Shown here piece after piece: positions 24,823 to 36,106 of a DNA stretch of 64,000 nucleotides. The DNA comes from Octopus sinensis (lineage: Eukaryota). How positions within the stretch are numbered: position 1 is the first letter of the stretch; each line of letters begins with the position of its first letter. Where the stretch lies: the NCBI RefSeq assembly GCF_006345805.1, contig NC_043002.1, positions 9,238,001-9,302,000 of the forward strand, read 5' to 3'. Both the position numbers and the translations under genes were made by a program. The notes under the pieces were generated by a model. That model was not told where the DNA came from. It ran no database searches and saw only the letters and a list, made by a program, of their open reading frames with translations.

Positions 24823-25329
24823 CTCCAGAGTCACTGAAATAAATACTAAGGTATTGTTTAATCAACTTTGACTACTGCCTGAAATTTGTGGACTTCTGTC
24901 TATGTGCATTAGTAGAATGCACATAGAAGAGTGAATGGTATTTAGTAGTGCACTTTTACGTTCTGAATTCAAATCCCAACAAGGTAAAATTTGCCTTTCA
25001 TCCTTACAGGATCAGTAAAATAAAGTACCAGTCATGTACTAGGATCAATATAATCGGCTACTCTCCCCCAAAATTTCTGGGCTTGGGCTTTTGTTAGAAA
25101 ATTATTATCATTGTGGTGTAGTGGAAACAGTGGATTGTTCAATTAAAAACTTGACAATATTCAGCTTCGTCCCTCTTCGTTTTCAGTTCGAATCTTGTCA
25201 GGATCAACTTTCCTTGATCATATAGATTTCTTTTTTTTTTTTTTTTTACTTTTAAATCATTAAAAAAAAATTCTGCGGCATAAATTCAAATAAAATAAAA
25301 AGAGTTCTTTGCTAGTTCAATATTATCAT

Positions 25330-25565
25330 CCTACTCCATATGTTTGGTTAATAATTTTATGGGTGTCTGCCAAGTCAGCTGCCAGACGTCGGAGTTTCAA
25401 TGTGTCCCTGCCCAGGGAAGTAAGGCGTTCAGAATATGGCAAATGCCTGATGGAGGGTATTCTCTTGGTTGCATGTTGCTGAACGGCTTCCAGACGATTA
25501 ATATCCTGGGCAAGATAGGGGTTCCAGACCGGTGATGCAAATTCCAGGTGAGGTTGCACCATAGG
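25330..25565 (-). mobile_element. CR1-type LINE fragment
   Basis: VQPHLEFASPVWNPY...LEAVQ..ATK.IP.IRHLPYSERL. Confidence 0.9.
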
Positions 25566-25798
25566 TATATAAAGCCGGAGAGAGGCTCACAAAGGACTTG
25601 GTGTGTGATGCCATTTATTTCATTTATTCTGAGAGAGCACAGGTGATAGGTATCGGTTATTGTGAAAGTTCAGTATTCCTTCTTCCGAGGAGAAAAAATT
25701 TGAGGTCTGTTTTGCGACTGATTGTCTTTTCCTTAAGTGTTTAGTTTAAATTCTTGATCGTAACAGCTAAATGCAGAAGGTTATTTTTGGGTTTTTTT

Positions 25799-26344
25799 TT
25801 ACTCAAACCGCTTGTAATTTTTAAGTTTCCGGAAAGTTGGTTGTTTGGTAAGTAAGAAAAGGCAATTTTTATACTTCTGAGGTTCGTGTCTCAATAGCAT
25901 ATATGGACGGTTATAGATATCATTAGCTGAAGAACAACGTTCACCCATCGTGTGTCCATTCTTACATTTGCCTTGAATAAATAATATTTCAAAGTTATTT
26001 CCCTTTAAACTCAAGGTGAATCTCGATGGCAACGAGTGAAGTCGAAATTTATAAGTTTCAGCCAAAATGTTGCTAGCTAGATCTTTTCGTTTTTTGATGC
26101 CCACTGTCCCAATGTTTTTCTTTGTTTTTTTATAAATTTCCGAAGTTTCCAATTCAAAACTCTTTTCACTTCTCCTTTTTGGCATATAAGCGGAAGTAAG
26201 CCTATTACGTGAGCTGATGAAGTCAAAAGCTTCTTGATTTTTGAGATCAATCAGTTGGACTGTCTGGAAAAGACTATGCTCGTATGCTAACTGGCGACAG
26301 TTTACAGTGTAACAGTCAACAATCCTTGATTTTTCATTGTAATC
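25799..26344 (-). CDS. Ankyrin-repeat gene terminal exon (181 aa plus stop)
   Basis: tttgatttaatttcag|GAT TAC AAT... is open for 546 nt and in frame with ORF 25799-26185. DYNEKSRIVDCYTVNCRQLAYEHSLFQTVQLIDLKN... is followed by a basic C-terminal region. Tandem AATAAA on the - strand near 25614-25628. Confidence 0.85.
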   Translation of the reverse strand, partial: DYNEKSRIVDCYTVNCRQLAYEHSLFQTVQLIDLKNQEAFDFISSRNRLTSAYMPKRRSEKSFELETSEIYKKTKKNIGTVGIKKRKDLASNILAETYKFRLHSLPSRFTLSLKGNNFEILFIQGKCKNGHTMGERCSSANDIYNRPYMLLRHEPQKYKNCLFLLTKQPTFRKLKNYKRFE

Positions 26345-26479
26345 CTGAAATTAAATCAAACAATAATTTATTATAATTCTGTTAAATATAGTCTACCAAC
26401 ACATAATCCTTTAAAATTCAAACTTTTTTTTTTTAGAATTTTTCCCCAATATATTGAATTTATAATAATAATGAAATTA

Positions 26480-26960
26480 TTGTATACAGTGCTCAGGTGC
26501 ACCACAACTTATCAAAAGTGCGTATAAAGAATATTCAGTAATGTACAAATGTCTGGAAAGCGAACAGTGTATGAGTTAGATACATGCTTGTGTGTGTGTG
26601 GAGGGGAGAAAATCAGGTGTAGTGTTGGCGAATCTCAGGAAGCATGGAAGTTTTAAAGGATGCAGTGCTCCGACAACTAACAACTGATGCCGGCAGTCTG
26701 TTCCATGCTTCAGCAACTCTTAGCATGAACAAATGTTTCTGAAAGTCATGGGAGCTATGCTGTTTTCTGACTTTGTAAACATGTCCACGGGTGTTAGACG
26801 GGTGGAGTTTGAAAAGGTGCTCAGAGTTATTGTTTGTAAGATGGTTAATGATTTTATGGATGTCTGTCAAGTCAGCTGCCAGACGTTGGAGTTTCAATGT
26901 GTCCATGCCCAGGGAAGTAAGGCATTCAGAATATGGCAAATGCCTGCTTCCCATTCTCTG
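26480..26960 (-). mobile_element. CR1-type LINE 3' end (same family at ~63130-63655, -)
   Basis: HLPYSE.L..LGMDTLKL.RL...TRGH.YKV.K...F..RVAEAWNRLP..VV plus a shared 3' UTR. Confidence 0.9.
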
Positions 26961-27844
26961 GAAATCCTGGAATATCAGTTCCCCTTTACTTATGATGATA
27001 AAGTTGGAAAAAAAAAGCAATGAATAAAAAAAATATGGGAAGACAAGTTATCTCGTTTTATGTAATATGTAATAATTACATATATAACAGGTATGTATGA
27101 TACATATATAATACAAAACCAGAGAAAATACAAACATGAACAATGAAAGAAGAAAAAAAGAAAACACATCAATTCAACAATAAGTGCTTCAACTGGTCAC
27201 ACACCACAAGGTTCAGCAAAAGCTATTCATCATGCTTGTGACATTACCACGCTTGACTGAGAGGCTAAAGCATTGGAGCAGCCAAGCATCTTTGCAGGCA
27301 TCACCTGACACCTTGGTAGGGTGAGCCTCCAACAATCACAAGGATGGTTGTCGGGCTGTTAGCAGCCCAGACCCTTCAAACATCTCTTTTTCCAACTGAA
27401 TATGAACTGATCACCAATAAAGAGATAATAGTCGTTTCATTCTAAAACATACCAGATATTTGTGTGTATAGGTGGATAGATGAAAGGATGTGTGCACAAT
27501 GAGTCTATATATTCCTCCAACAGATTCAATACTTTTTTTTTTTATGTTGCCAGCCTCACCTGGCACCTGTGCCAGTGGCATGTAAAAAGCACCCACTACA
27601 CTCATGGAGTGGTTGGCGTTAGGAAGGGCATCCAGCTGTAGAAACACTGCCAGATCAGACTGGAGCCTGGTGCAGCCATCTGGCTTCCCAGACCCTGGTC
27701 GAACCGTCCAACTCATGCTAGCAAAGAAAACGGACGGTAAACGATGATGATGATGTTGAGAATGAATAGTAAAATTCAAAGAATCTTTGAACTTTGTCCC
27801 TGTCCTCTTGGTGGAGGCGATGATGGTGTTGTTGTTGTTATTTA

Positions 27845-28200
27845 TTTAGCCTTCACTCTTTGTATATCAGTCTCCCTTGCAATCTCTGCAAGAACCTTGT
27901 CATGTCCCCACTTGATCGGCCTTTTCCCATTTCCCTTGGGCAACCGATCGAAATATGGTTCAGGGTGCAATGAGTTGCTCTGCACTGCTTGCAGGATGGG
28001 TTTTTTTCTTTACCCTATACTTTAACAATCAGGGTTGGCAATAGGTCAGTGACAGGAAGTATCTTTCTCGTCTTTGGATAGAAGAATGTTGTGATTGCTC
28101 TTGCTTCAAGGCTTTGAATTCCTCCACCACTGAAATTGGGAAGCAGGACTTGCTATACAGACAACTGAGTTGAAATAGTGTTGGCAGTAATTGAAAGTAT
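27845..28200 (-). mobile_element. HERO-like RLE non-LTR fragment
   Basis: CKQCRATHCTLNHISIGCP...GR, then a frameshift to KWGHDKVLAEIA: CCHC knuckle plus RHD motif. Confidence 0.7.
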
Positions 28201-28331
28201 CAGCCGAGGGCAAAAGAACAAAATAAGTTTCTATTAAATAATTTGAATTAATCTTACTTCGTCAATTTTGTTCTATCAAAAACATTTAAATTATTCAAAA
28301 GGATAACTTCATAAAAGAAAAAGTAACTAAC

Positions 28332-28436
28332 CAGAACCATTTTTGAGAAGTTATAGTTTATTCCATTATCTATAAGAAATTCTGCCATTTCCATCTGTTC
28401 TGCTCGGATAGCTTGCATTAGCAGATTTTCTTGAAA
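28332..28436 (-). CDS. Ankyrin-repeat gene exon (clear ANK repeat)
   Basis: ttttgattatttcag|TTT CAA...GTT CTG|gttagt. FQENLLMQAIRAEQMEMAEFLIDNGINYNFSKMVL fits the ankyrin L..A...G..E.V..L+..GA..N pattern. 105 nt. Confidence 0.9.
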
Positions 28437-29489
28437 CTGAAATAATCAAAAGATATGTAAATTTCAATAAATAAAACATTATTTACTGTCTCCTCATCAA
28501 GATCAAATACCTATTTCTTTACACAAAGGGCTAAACACAGAGAGGACAAACAAGGACAGACAAACGGATTAAGTCAATTATATCAACCCCAGTGCATAAC
28601 TGGTACTTAATTTATCGACCCCAAAAGGATGAAAGGCAAAGTTGACCTCGCCGGAATTTGAACACAGAATGTAGCGGCAGACAAAATACCGCTAAGCATT
28701 TCGTCCAGCATGCTAACGATTCTGCCAGCTCGCCGCCTTCTACTGTAGTAATGTATGAGTCGTGGTTTCTTCCTCACAGTTCTCAAAGGCCAAGCAAAAA
28801 AGTCCTGGGTTCTATGCTCCCCTAATGGTTGAAATGCAAAGTTGACCATGGCAGGGTTTGAAATTAGTGGCACCTGTGCAGGTGGCACATAAAAAGCACC
28901 CACTACACTCACGGAGTGGTTGGTGTTAGGAAGGGCATCCAGCTGTAGAAACATTGCCAGATCAGACTGGAGCCTGGTGCAGCCTTCTGGCTTCCCAGAC
29001 CCTGGTCGAACCGTCCAACCCATGCTAGCACGGAGAACGGACGTTAAACAATGATGATGAATGTAAAAAACTGAAACATATACAAGATATTCTTTGTCTG
29101 GCACTCCAATCTACTGCCTTTCACTAAGCCATGAAATATTTATTAAGGTTTGTTTATTTTACTAAATCATAATCAAAAGTAAAAATTTGCTTTCATCTAA
29201 ACTACTTTTCTCTAGTCACAAAAAAACGGGTGTGATGTGTGATGAACTGCAGAAAGATATTTGACCGATCATATTGATACAACACAATTTATAACACAGG
29301 TACAAGACCCTGACTGGTACTTATTTTATGAACCCTGGACAAATGAAAAGCAAAACAGACTTTGGCAGAATTCAAATTCAGATCATTAAAAAACAACGAA
29401 ATACAAGGCATTTTGGCTGATGCTTTACCAATTCTGGAAAGATGGAAAGCAAAACTGACCTAGGCAGAGTTCAAAGAAAGAGTCCAGAA

Positions 29490-29880
29490 GCTGGCTACCT
29501 GCATGGTTCTTGGTCTCAAGCATTTGTCTTATAAAGAAAGGTTGAAGACACTCAACCTTTATTCTCTCGATAAGCGACGCCAGCCGTGGTGATCTCATTC
29601 TCGCTCACAACATCATAAGCGGAAAGTGTAACCTCTCGAAAGAGCTGTTCTTCACTCCTGCTCCAGAGCGTGGGCTGCGGTGTCACTTCGAAAAGCTCTA
29701 TCTACGACGATTTCATCTTAGTTGAAGGAGAGGGGCTTTCTCTGTCCGGGTTGCGGATCCGTGGAATAAGCTGTCGGACGAGATAGTGAAGATGCTGCCA
29801 ACCACTCAGTTCAAAGTCTCTCTTGACCAGAAATGGCCTGAACTCTTTGTATGAACACCCTCCCTGTACATAACTCCATG
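29490..29880 (+). mobile_element. Second CR1-type LINE 3' fragment
   Basis: GLKHLSYKERLKTLNLYSLDKRR.RGDLI...AFSVRVADPWNKL. Confidence 0.85.
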
Positions 29881-30099
29881 TCCCCCTACATGGCCTTGCT
29901 TTTGCTTTTTGAGCCAAAAAAATTAAATTAAATTAAATTTTTAAAAAATTTGCAATGTAAATAAAAGATATAAGTAAATATCACTCAATCAACTCTGCCA
30001 ACCCACTACCCAAAGATATAGTAAATGAAAAAAAGTGAATATATATATTAAATGTTACAAAAGCTTTCTTCCAAAAAGGAATCTTCATTTTACACTAAC

Positions 30100-30186
30100 C
30101 CAAGTAATATTGATATCAAACTCTGGTTCATCCATAATATCTTCTAGTCCATCAATGTTTCCAGTACAAACAATCGTAATTATTTT
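30100..30186 (-). CDS. Ankyrin-repeat gene exon
   Basis: tttgaatttcag|AAA ATA...ACT TGG|gttagt. KIITIVCTGNIDGLEDIMDEPEFDINITW. 87 nt, phase 0/0. Confidence 0.88.
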
Positions 30187-30289
30187 CTGAAATTCAAATA
30201 TAAAATTTTGTTAGTAGCAATGTTATATAACTTTTTATTATGAATATTCAGAATTAGTGTTTTATATTTTTTTTAAATAATAGTAATAA

Positions 30290-31108
30290 TAATAATGGTT
30301 ATGGCTGCAAAAAGGAAAGCTAAAGAGGGAGATAGAAAGTTTGTTAGTAGCTGCACAAGATCAACCATTAAGGACTAATTGATAAAAGCCAAGGTAGACA
30401 AAAACCAAGTAGGTTCCCAATGTAGATTACGCAAATTGAAAGAAGTAAGTGTTACTCATATAGTAAGTGAATGTAGCATGCAGGCACAGAAAGAATACAA
30501 GAAAAGACATAACAATCTAGGGAGAGCAATCCACTGGGAGGTATGTAGAAAGCTAGGACTTGAACATACTGATAAATGGTATGAACATGAACCTAGTAAA
30601 GTACTAGAAAATATGAAATACAAGATGTGGGACTTTGACATTCAGAGTGACAGAGTAATAGAAGCTAGAAGGCTTGTTTTTGGTAGTAGTAAATATAAAG
30701 AATAGAAAGTGCCATATAATTGACTTTACAGTCCCAAAAGATGAAAAAATTAATATTAGAAGTATAGGAAAATAGCAAAGTATCAGGACCTAGCTATTGA
30801 ACTACAGAGACTTTGGAAATTGTGGATAAAATATATCCCATTAGTTTTAGGTGCATGCGTAACTATCCCTAAAACTCTAATAAGGTGGATAGAGGAAACG
30901 GGCATTGAAACCCGGTTTAGTACAGCTGCAGAAAACAGTATTATTAGGAACAGCTAGGATACTTAGGAAGGTTCTTGGCATCTAAGGTTACTTGCTGTAA
31001 CCCAATAGGAAGATTCTTGGCATCAAACGCTATTTGTAGCCCGATTTTAGGATTCTTTTCTTTTCAAACAGTCTAATCTGTTGAGTGTATATGAATAATA
31101 ATAATAAT
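30290..31108 (+). mobile_element. R4/Dong-like RLE non-LTR 3' end with (AAT)n tail
   Basis: CR....SVTHIVSEC...AQKEYKKRHN...IHWEVC...WYEHEP..V.EN...WDFDIQ.D.VIEARR, KYQDL and LQK.VLLGTA.ILRKVL*. Confidence 0.9.
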
Positions 31109-31255
31109 TGTAGTTGTAAGGCACAAATAAGGTTGCTCTTACCTTGAAATGCAATCAGCAACAGTACATCCAAACCTTCAGGTTACAGGAACCAGCAGAA
31201 CTCAATAGTCATACGTACATGTGCACTCTTGCTGAAGAGGCCTTAGGCCAACATG

Positions 31256-31324
31256 TTTTGGGGTCTGATGATACGTTGTAAAGCTAAACACTTTATGAAC
31301 GTGAAACCCAGAGTAATCCCATAA
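31256..31324 (+). ncRNA. Type I hammerhead ribozyme fold
   Basis: Stem I TTTTGGGGT/ATCCCATAA, core CTGATGA plus one extra T, stem II ACGTT/AACGT, GAAA, stem III AC-CCAGA-GT, GUA triplet 31313-31315. Confidence 0.7.
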
Positions 31325-31355
31325 ACCAGCCTTATCTAACTTTATTTATATTATA

Positions 31356-31396
<41 letters not shown>

Positions 31397-31584
31397 GTAT
31401 GTGTATATATATATATATATATAGGGAAAGTTTATGAAAAATACCAAAAGACGAAGACAGGTGGTGTACAAAACAAACAGATGTTTTAGTATAACACTCA
31501 GGAATAGAAAATGTCTTTTACGTTTCGAACCTACGCTCTTCTACAGAAAGGGACAGAGAAAAAAAATGTGTGTAGTGGCTAACA

Positions 31585-32570
31585 ATCTATCATGGCGACA
31601 TAAAACTCATAGCTTCTAAGAACTCAGCTTTGTCACACAACATGAAAATTAACATACTGATAGCAAACTTAGTTAGGATTATGAACAACGTATCCCCACT
31701 AGGTGAACCCTATGAAACAAAGAGACAAACAGAACTTCATGCACCACATGCAATTCTCTGGATATGACCAGAAAGAAAGGGTTCGGGTATACAGGGGAGC
31801 TAGAAAGAAGTTAGATAACATTATATGTAATGAAACCAGTTGTACCTTCCCTAGATATAGAAGTAAAAATGGAAATAGGATACAAAGAGTTTGTGACAAA
31901 GCAAACAGGGTGAACACGAATACAAGATCGATAAATATCAAACTCAACATTAAGATTGTTGAACTCAACATTAAGATCATTGGAAAGCCAGAGAGCTCCA
32001 TCAGATCACAACTCTGTAGCATGTACCCCTTTGAGAATACCACATGCACCAATGATAACTGTATGTAAGATTAACCCTGGTATTATCTGTAGAACTAGAA
32101 ATATAATCTAGAGCAGTGGTTCCCAAACTATGAGTCGCGACCCACAGATGGGTCACGAACGGAATCTTAGTGGGTCGCAAAAAGTTATAAAATTACGCAT
32201 TAGCTTTGATTAACTACTGTCTATCGAGATAGTTCAGTAGAGTTAAGTGGGTCATCATAAACTGGTGTGATAAATAGTGGGTCGCGACTCTAAAAAGTTT
32301 GGGAACTACTGATCAACAGCATAAGGTGCATAAAAGGTGCTTATAAAGACAAGAACACGATATACATAGGTGAGACTAAATGAACATTTGAGACAATATG
32401 ATGACAAAAAACAGTCCTCTATACTCGACCAATATGCCAAAGACCAACATGGAGGCACACTGGGTCAACTTGACATCTGCATTTTATCCAAGCACCTGAA
32501 GGACTCAACACTCAAATACAGGAGTACATCCTTATAAATGAAACATCCCCAGTACTAAATAGGAAATATA
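31585..32570 (+). mobile_element. Penelope-like element remnant (thumb plus GIY-YIG)
   Basis: SALSHNMKINILIANLVRIMNN, MQFSGY...RVRVY, CRTRNII...YIGET and LN.K, interrupted by a hAT MITE. Confidence 0.85.
32114..32311. mobile_element. hAT (Charlie-like) MITE
   Basis: CAGTGGTTCCCAAAC/GTTTGGGAACTACTG TIRs with a degenerate 8-bp TSD ATCTAGAG/ATCAACAG. Confidence 0.85.
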
Positions 32571-33894
32571 CGTAGTAGGTAATCATACCCCAATACCCAC
32601 AGTTTATATATACACAGGTAGAGTTGTTAGGCTGTTATGTAGATGTGTATATACATATATATATATCGGACGCTAAATGATGATGATGATGATGATGATA
32701 TAGGGATGGTATTATTAAAATACAATCACAAGTGGTAAGTGAATTATCAGCCGTACAGGCAAATTAATAAAATATATATATACAATATTAGATATGTACA
32801 TATATACTCAAGGGTACTACATGAGTACCTATATCGCTAATAATAGAAGTCAAAAAATACTTCTGTACCACCGAATAGTCACAAATCTATTACAAATATA
32901 TATATATATATATTATATAAGTAGGTAAATGGATATGTAAGTAAACAGATGGATAGATAGGTACGTAGGTAATATGGACAGACAAGCACACACACACAAG
33001 GAGACAGAGGTGCACACGCAAAATACACATACACACTAACACATGAATATGCAAAATACATATATACACACATGCATACATGCATACACATGGACACTGA
33101 GACACACGCATATGCACAAGCAAACAAAAAGAACACAGCTCTGATAATGGACAGAGTCAACGACTATTGAAGAGGTTGTAAAATGCAATGAAAATTTTAG
33201 GAAAAATAAATAAACAAATGAGTAGAAATCGAACTGGTGAGTGTGTTAAGTAATAAGGCACTATAAGAGAATGACCCTCCCCAGACACAATAGTATATAT
33301 ATGTGTGTTGACAGAATGGCTGATCGTTGACAGAGCGGCTAACCTGCTTTCGTGCCAGTGGCACATAAAAGGGCATCATTCGAGTATGATCGTTACCAGA
33401 GTAGCCTTACTGGCACTTGTGCCTGTGCTAGTAGGGTGCCAAGAGCACCGTCTGAGCGTGATCATTGCCAGAGCAGCCAACTGGCTTCCATACCTGTGGC
33501 ATGTAAAAGGGCACCAATCGAACGTGATTGGTACCAATGTCACTTCACTGGCACCTGTGCCGGTGGCACATGTAAAAAGATTTGAGCGAGGTCATTGCCA
33601 GTACTGCCTGACTGGCCCCCATGCTGGTGGCACGTAAAAAGCACCCACTACACTCTCAGAGTGGTTGGCGTTAGGAAGAGCATCCAGCTGTAGAAACTCT
33701 GCCAGATCAAGATTGGAGCCTGGTGCGGCTGTCTGGTTCGCCAGCCCTCAGTCAAAATCGTCCAACCCATGCTAGCATGGAAAGCAGACTTAAATGATGA
33801 TGATGTGTGTGTGTGTCAAAGACACAGTATTTACAGCTTCCTTGCCCACAAACAACATATAACTAAAGCTAGAGCCTGATGACCTCATATACTT

Positions 33895-34800
33895 ACTTAC
33901 TTACTTGTACTTGTGGCAACATTCACTGTGGGCGGGTTGAGTTGGCTCCTTCTACCACCCTCCAGGCATCTCGAACCATGGCAGTGGAAGAAGTTTCATT
34001 GGAATATGAGTTTCACAAGCAGTCCCCAACAATCCCGTATGTGGAGACATCCTGTTTGCCACAGACTGTCCACAGACACAGGGACAGAACGACCGAAGAG
34101 CTTCCAGTTGCCGAAACAGACACTCCGAGGATTTTCACCAGAGCCCCGTCTGCCAGGTTGTGGCCCTAATACCACTCGGTGTCAGACCAATCCATCTTGG
34201 GTGGCCCTACCAGGAACCAAAGTTCCCGACAGCATAGCTCTAGCACTACCCGTTGCCAGCATCCCCACCACGCTGGTAATATATACCATTGCCAAAACTG
34301 CATTCCAAGGACTAGCTTTTCTCAGGTCCAGAAAATATTTCGATATGATAATTTGCTAACTTCTGCCAATCCCTAGCAGTATATACATTGAAGTACTTGC
34401 CCACATATCTGGGCCAGGTCTGTGGCTGCTGCTACACTAGCAAATATTTTAGACTTCATCCAGAAGAAGGGCATCCACTTGATTGTGAAAGAGTTGCTCA
34501 CCAATACATTTCAACCATGGGTCACAGACATCTCATTTACTCTTCTATCGCTACTACATCAGCCCCTGCCAGTCCCAGTTTGCAAACTGCATATCACCCC
34601 ATCTGATACATTTGTCCCTCCTTCTCTCATCTTACTTCCCAATACCTCTCTGAACCCTTTTTTCTGTCGTACACTGTCAGAGCTGCTACTCTCTGGAATT
34701 CCCTCTCTTAGTCCACTTTTTTTGTCTTACAGATACCAACAAACAGACGTTCATACTGAACGACAACCACATCAATCACCCAGATCTTAGGAGACCAGGA
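33895..34800 (-). mobile_element. Decayed RTE-like LINE (RT part plus 3' end)
   Basis: DMQFAN (YADD-like) region. The 3' end is shared with 7655-7890. Confidence 0.65.
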
Positions 34801-34913
34801 AATATTATGGAAACTTTCCTGACCCCCTTTGACTAACTTTAAAAATAAAAAGAAAAAAAATAAAGTTTCTAAAACAAAATTTATATCATTTTACAGCCAA
34901 ATCATTTCCTTAC

Positions 34914-35003
34914 TTTCTTCCATTTTCTCAAAGCTTCTTGCTGTTCATGTTTCTGCTTTTCTTCTTCCTCCTCATTTTGTGCATTACCATTTTGAGAAAC
35001 TGG
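34914..35003 (-). CDS. Ankyrin-repeat gene exon (acidic/coiled N-terminal segment)
   Basis: ttttctgttttcag|CCA GTT...AAG AAA|gtaagg. PVSQNGNAQNEEEEEKQKHEQQEALRKWKK. 90 nt, phase 0/0. Confidence 0.8.
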
Positions 35004-36079
35004 CTGAAAACAGAAAACACATTACAGAGATGTACTTGCTTAGCAAGTGACTTGATCTGAGATCGTGTGCTGGAACGCAAATAATTGCAGCGTGGAAGGT
35101 GTTTATAAGCCATTTAAGAAACACACAAAAACCGTTAGATTCACTTCAACATTTAAATTTGATTTAAACACATTTCCTTTAGAAAAAGGTTAATAAACTA
35201 AAAACATGCATAATATTTAACATGACAAATTTTCAAATGAATATAGGTTAAAAAATAAAATATAAGATAAATAAAACCACAAAAATTTGCAGTTTTGGGA
35301 GTCTCTGATAAAACTCCCAAAGAGCACAGTTGTGAGTTTTTTGGGGTTTTTTTCATATGAATTAATGAGAGAAGGAAAAGCGTCACACATGGCCTTTTTC
35401 AGGACCTTCAAGATTGTTTGGAGAAAATGACAAAAGTTATCCTCAGACCTGGTCCTGTAGTAGTGTTAAACCAAATGACAGGTTAAGAATAGGAATGGTT
35501 CTTTTGACAGATTTCCACACAGTTTCTGCCTACTAAATTATGAGGCCTTACAGAAAAAGTATTCTGGCCAGAAACATCAGTGCCAGGCTATATCAGTCTT
35601 TCCTTGGACATCAGTAGCATGGAGAGGTGAGACTGATATGCCTGGGCAACTGCTGGTCTTCCACAAGCACACCTTTCCCAGACTTGTGCTTTGGAGGGGA
35701 ACAATCCTGTAGTCATTCATGACCAAAGTGAGTCTTTACTCTTTACTTAGCTCAAACTCTGTGCCGGTGGCACGTAAAAAGCACCAACCGATCGTGGCCA
35801 CTGCCAGTCTCCCCTGACATGTAAGAAGCACCCACTACACTCACGGAGTGGTTGGTGTTAGGAAGGGCATCCAGCTGTAGAAACACTGCCAGATCAGACT
35901 GGAGCCTGGTGCAGCCTCCTGGCTTCCCAGACCCCAGTCAAACCGTCCAACCCATGCTAGCACGGAAACAGACGTTAAACGATGATGATGATGATGATGT
36001 CTATTTGACAAACTGCTAACTTATGACACATTAATGGATACAACACATGAATAAAAATATGCATTAAAAATATATTTAC

Positions 36080-36106
36080 TTTGTCTTCATCGAGTTTGTC
36101 CATCAT
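36080..36106 (-). CDS. Ankyrin-repeat gene, first coding segment (MMDKLDEDK) in exon 36080-36143
   Basis: Acceptor tttattttacag at 36144 and donor AAA|gtaaat. In-frame stops lie upstream of ATG ATG, so this is the likely start. Confidence 0.65.

Noticed and set aside
31143-31285. Extra ankyrin-gene exon ending at CAAG|gtaaga
   Set aside because: All three frames stop from the plausible acceptor, and the phase-1 end does not fit the all-phase-0 model.
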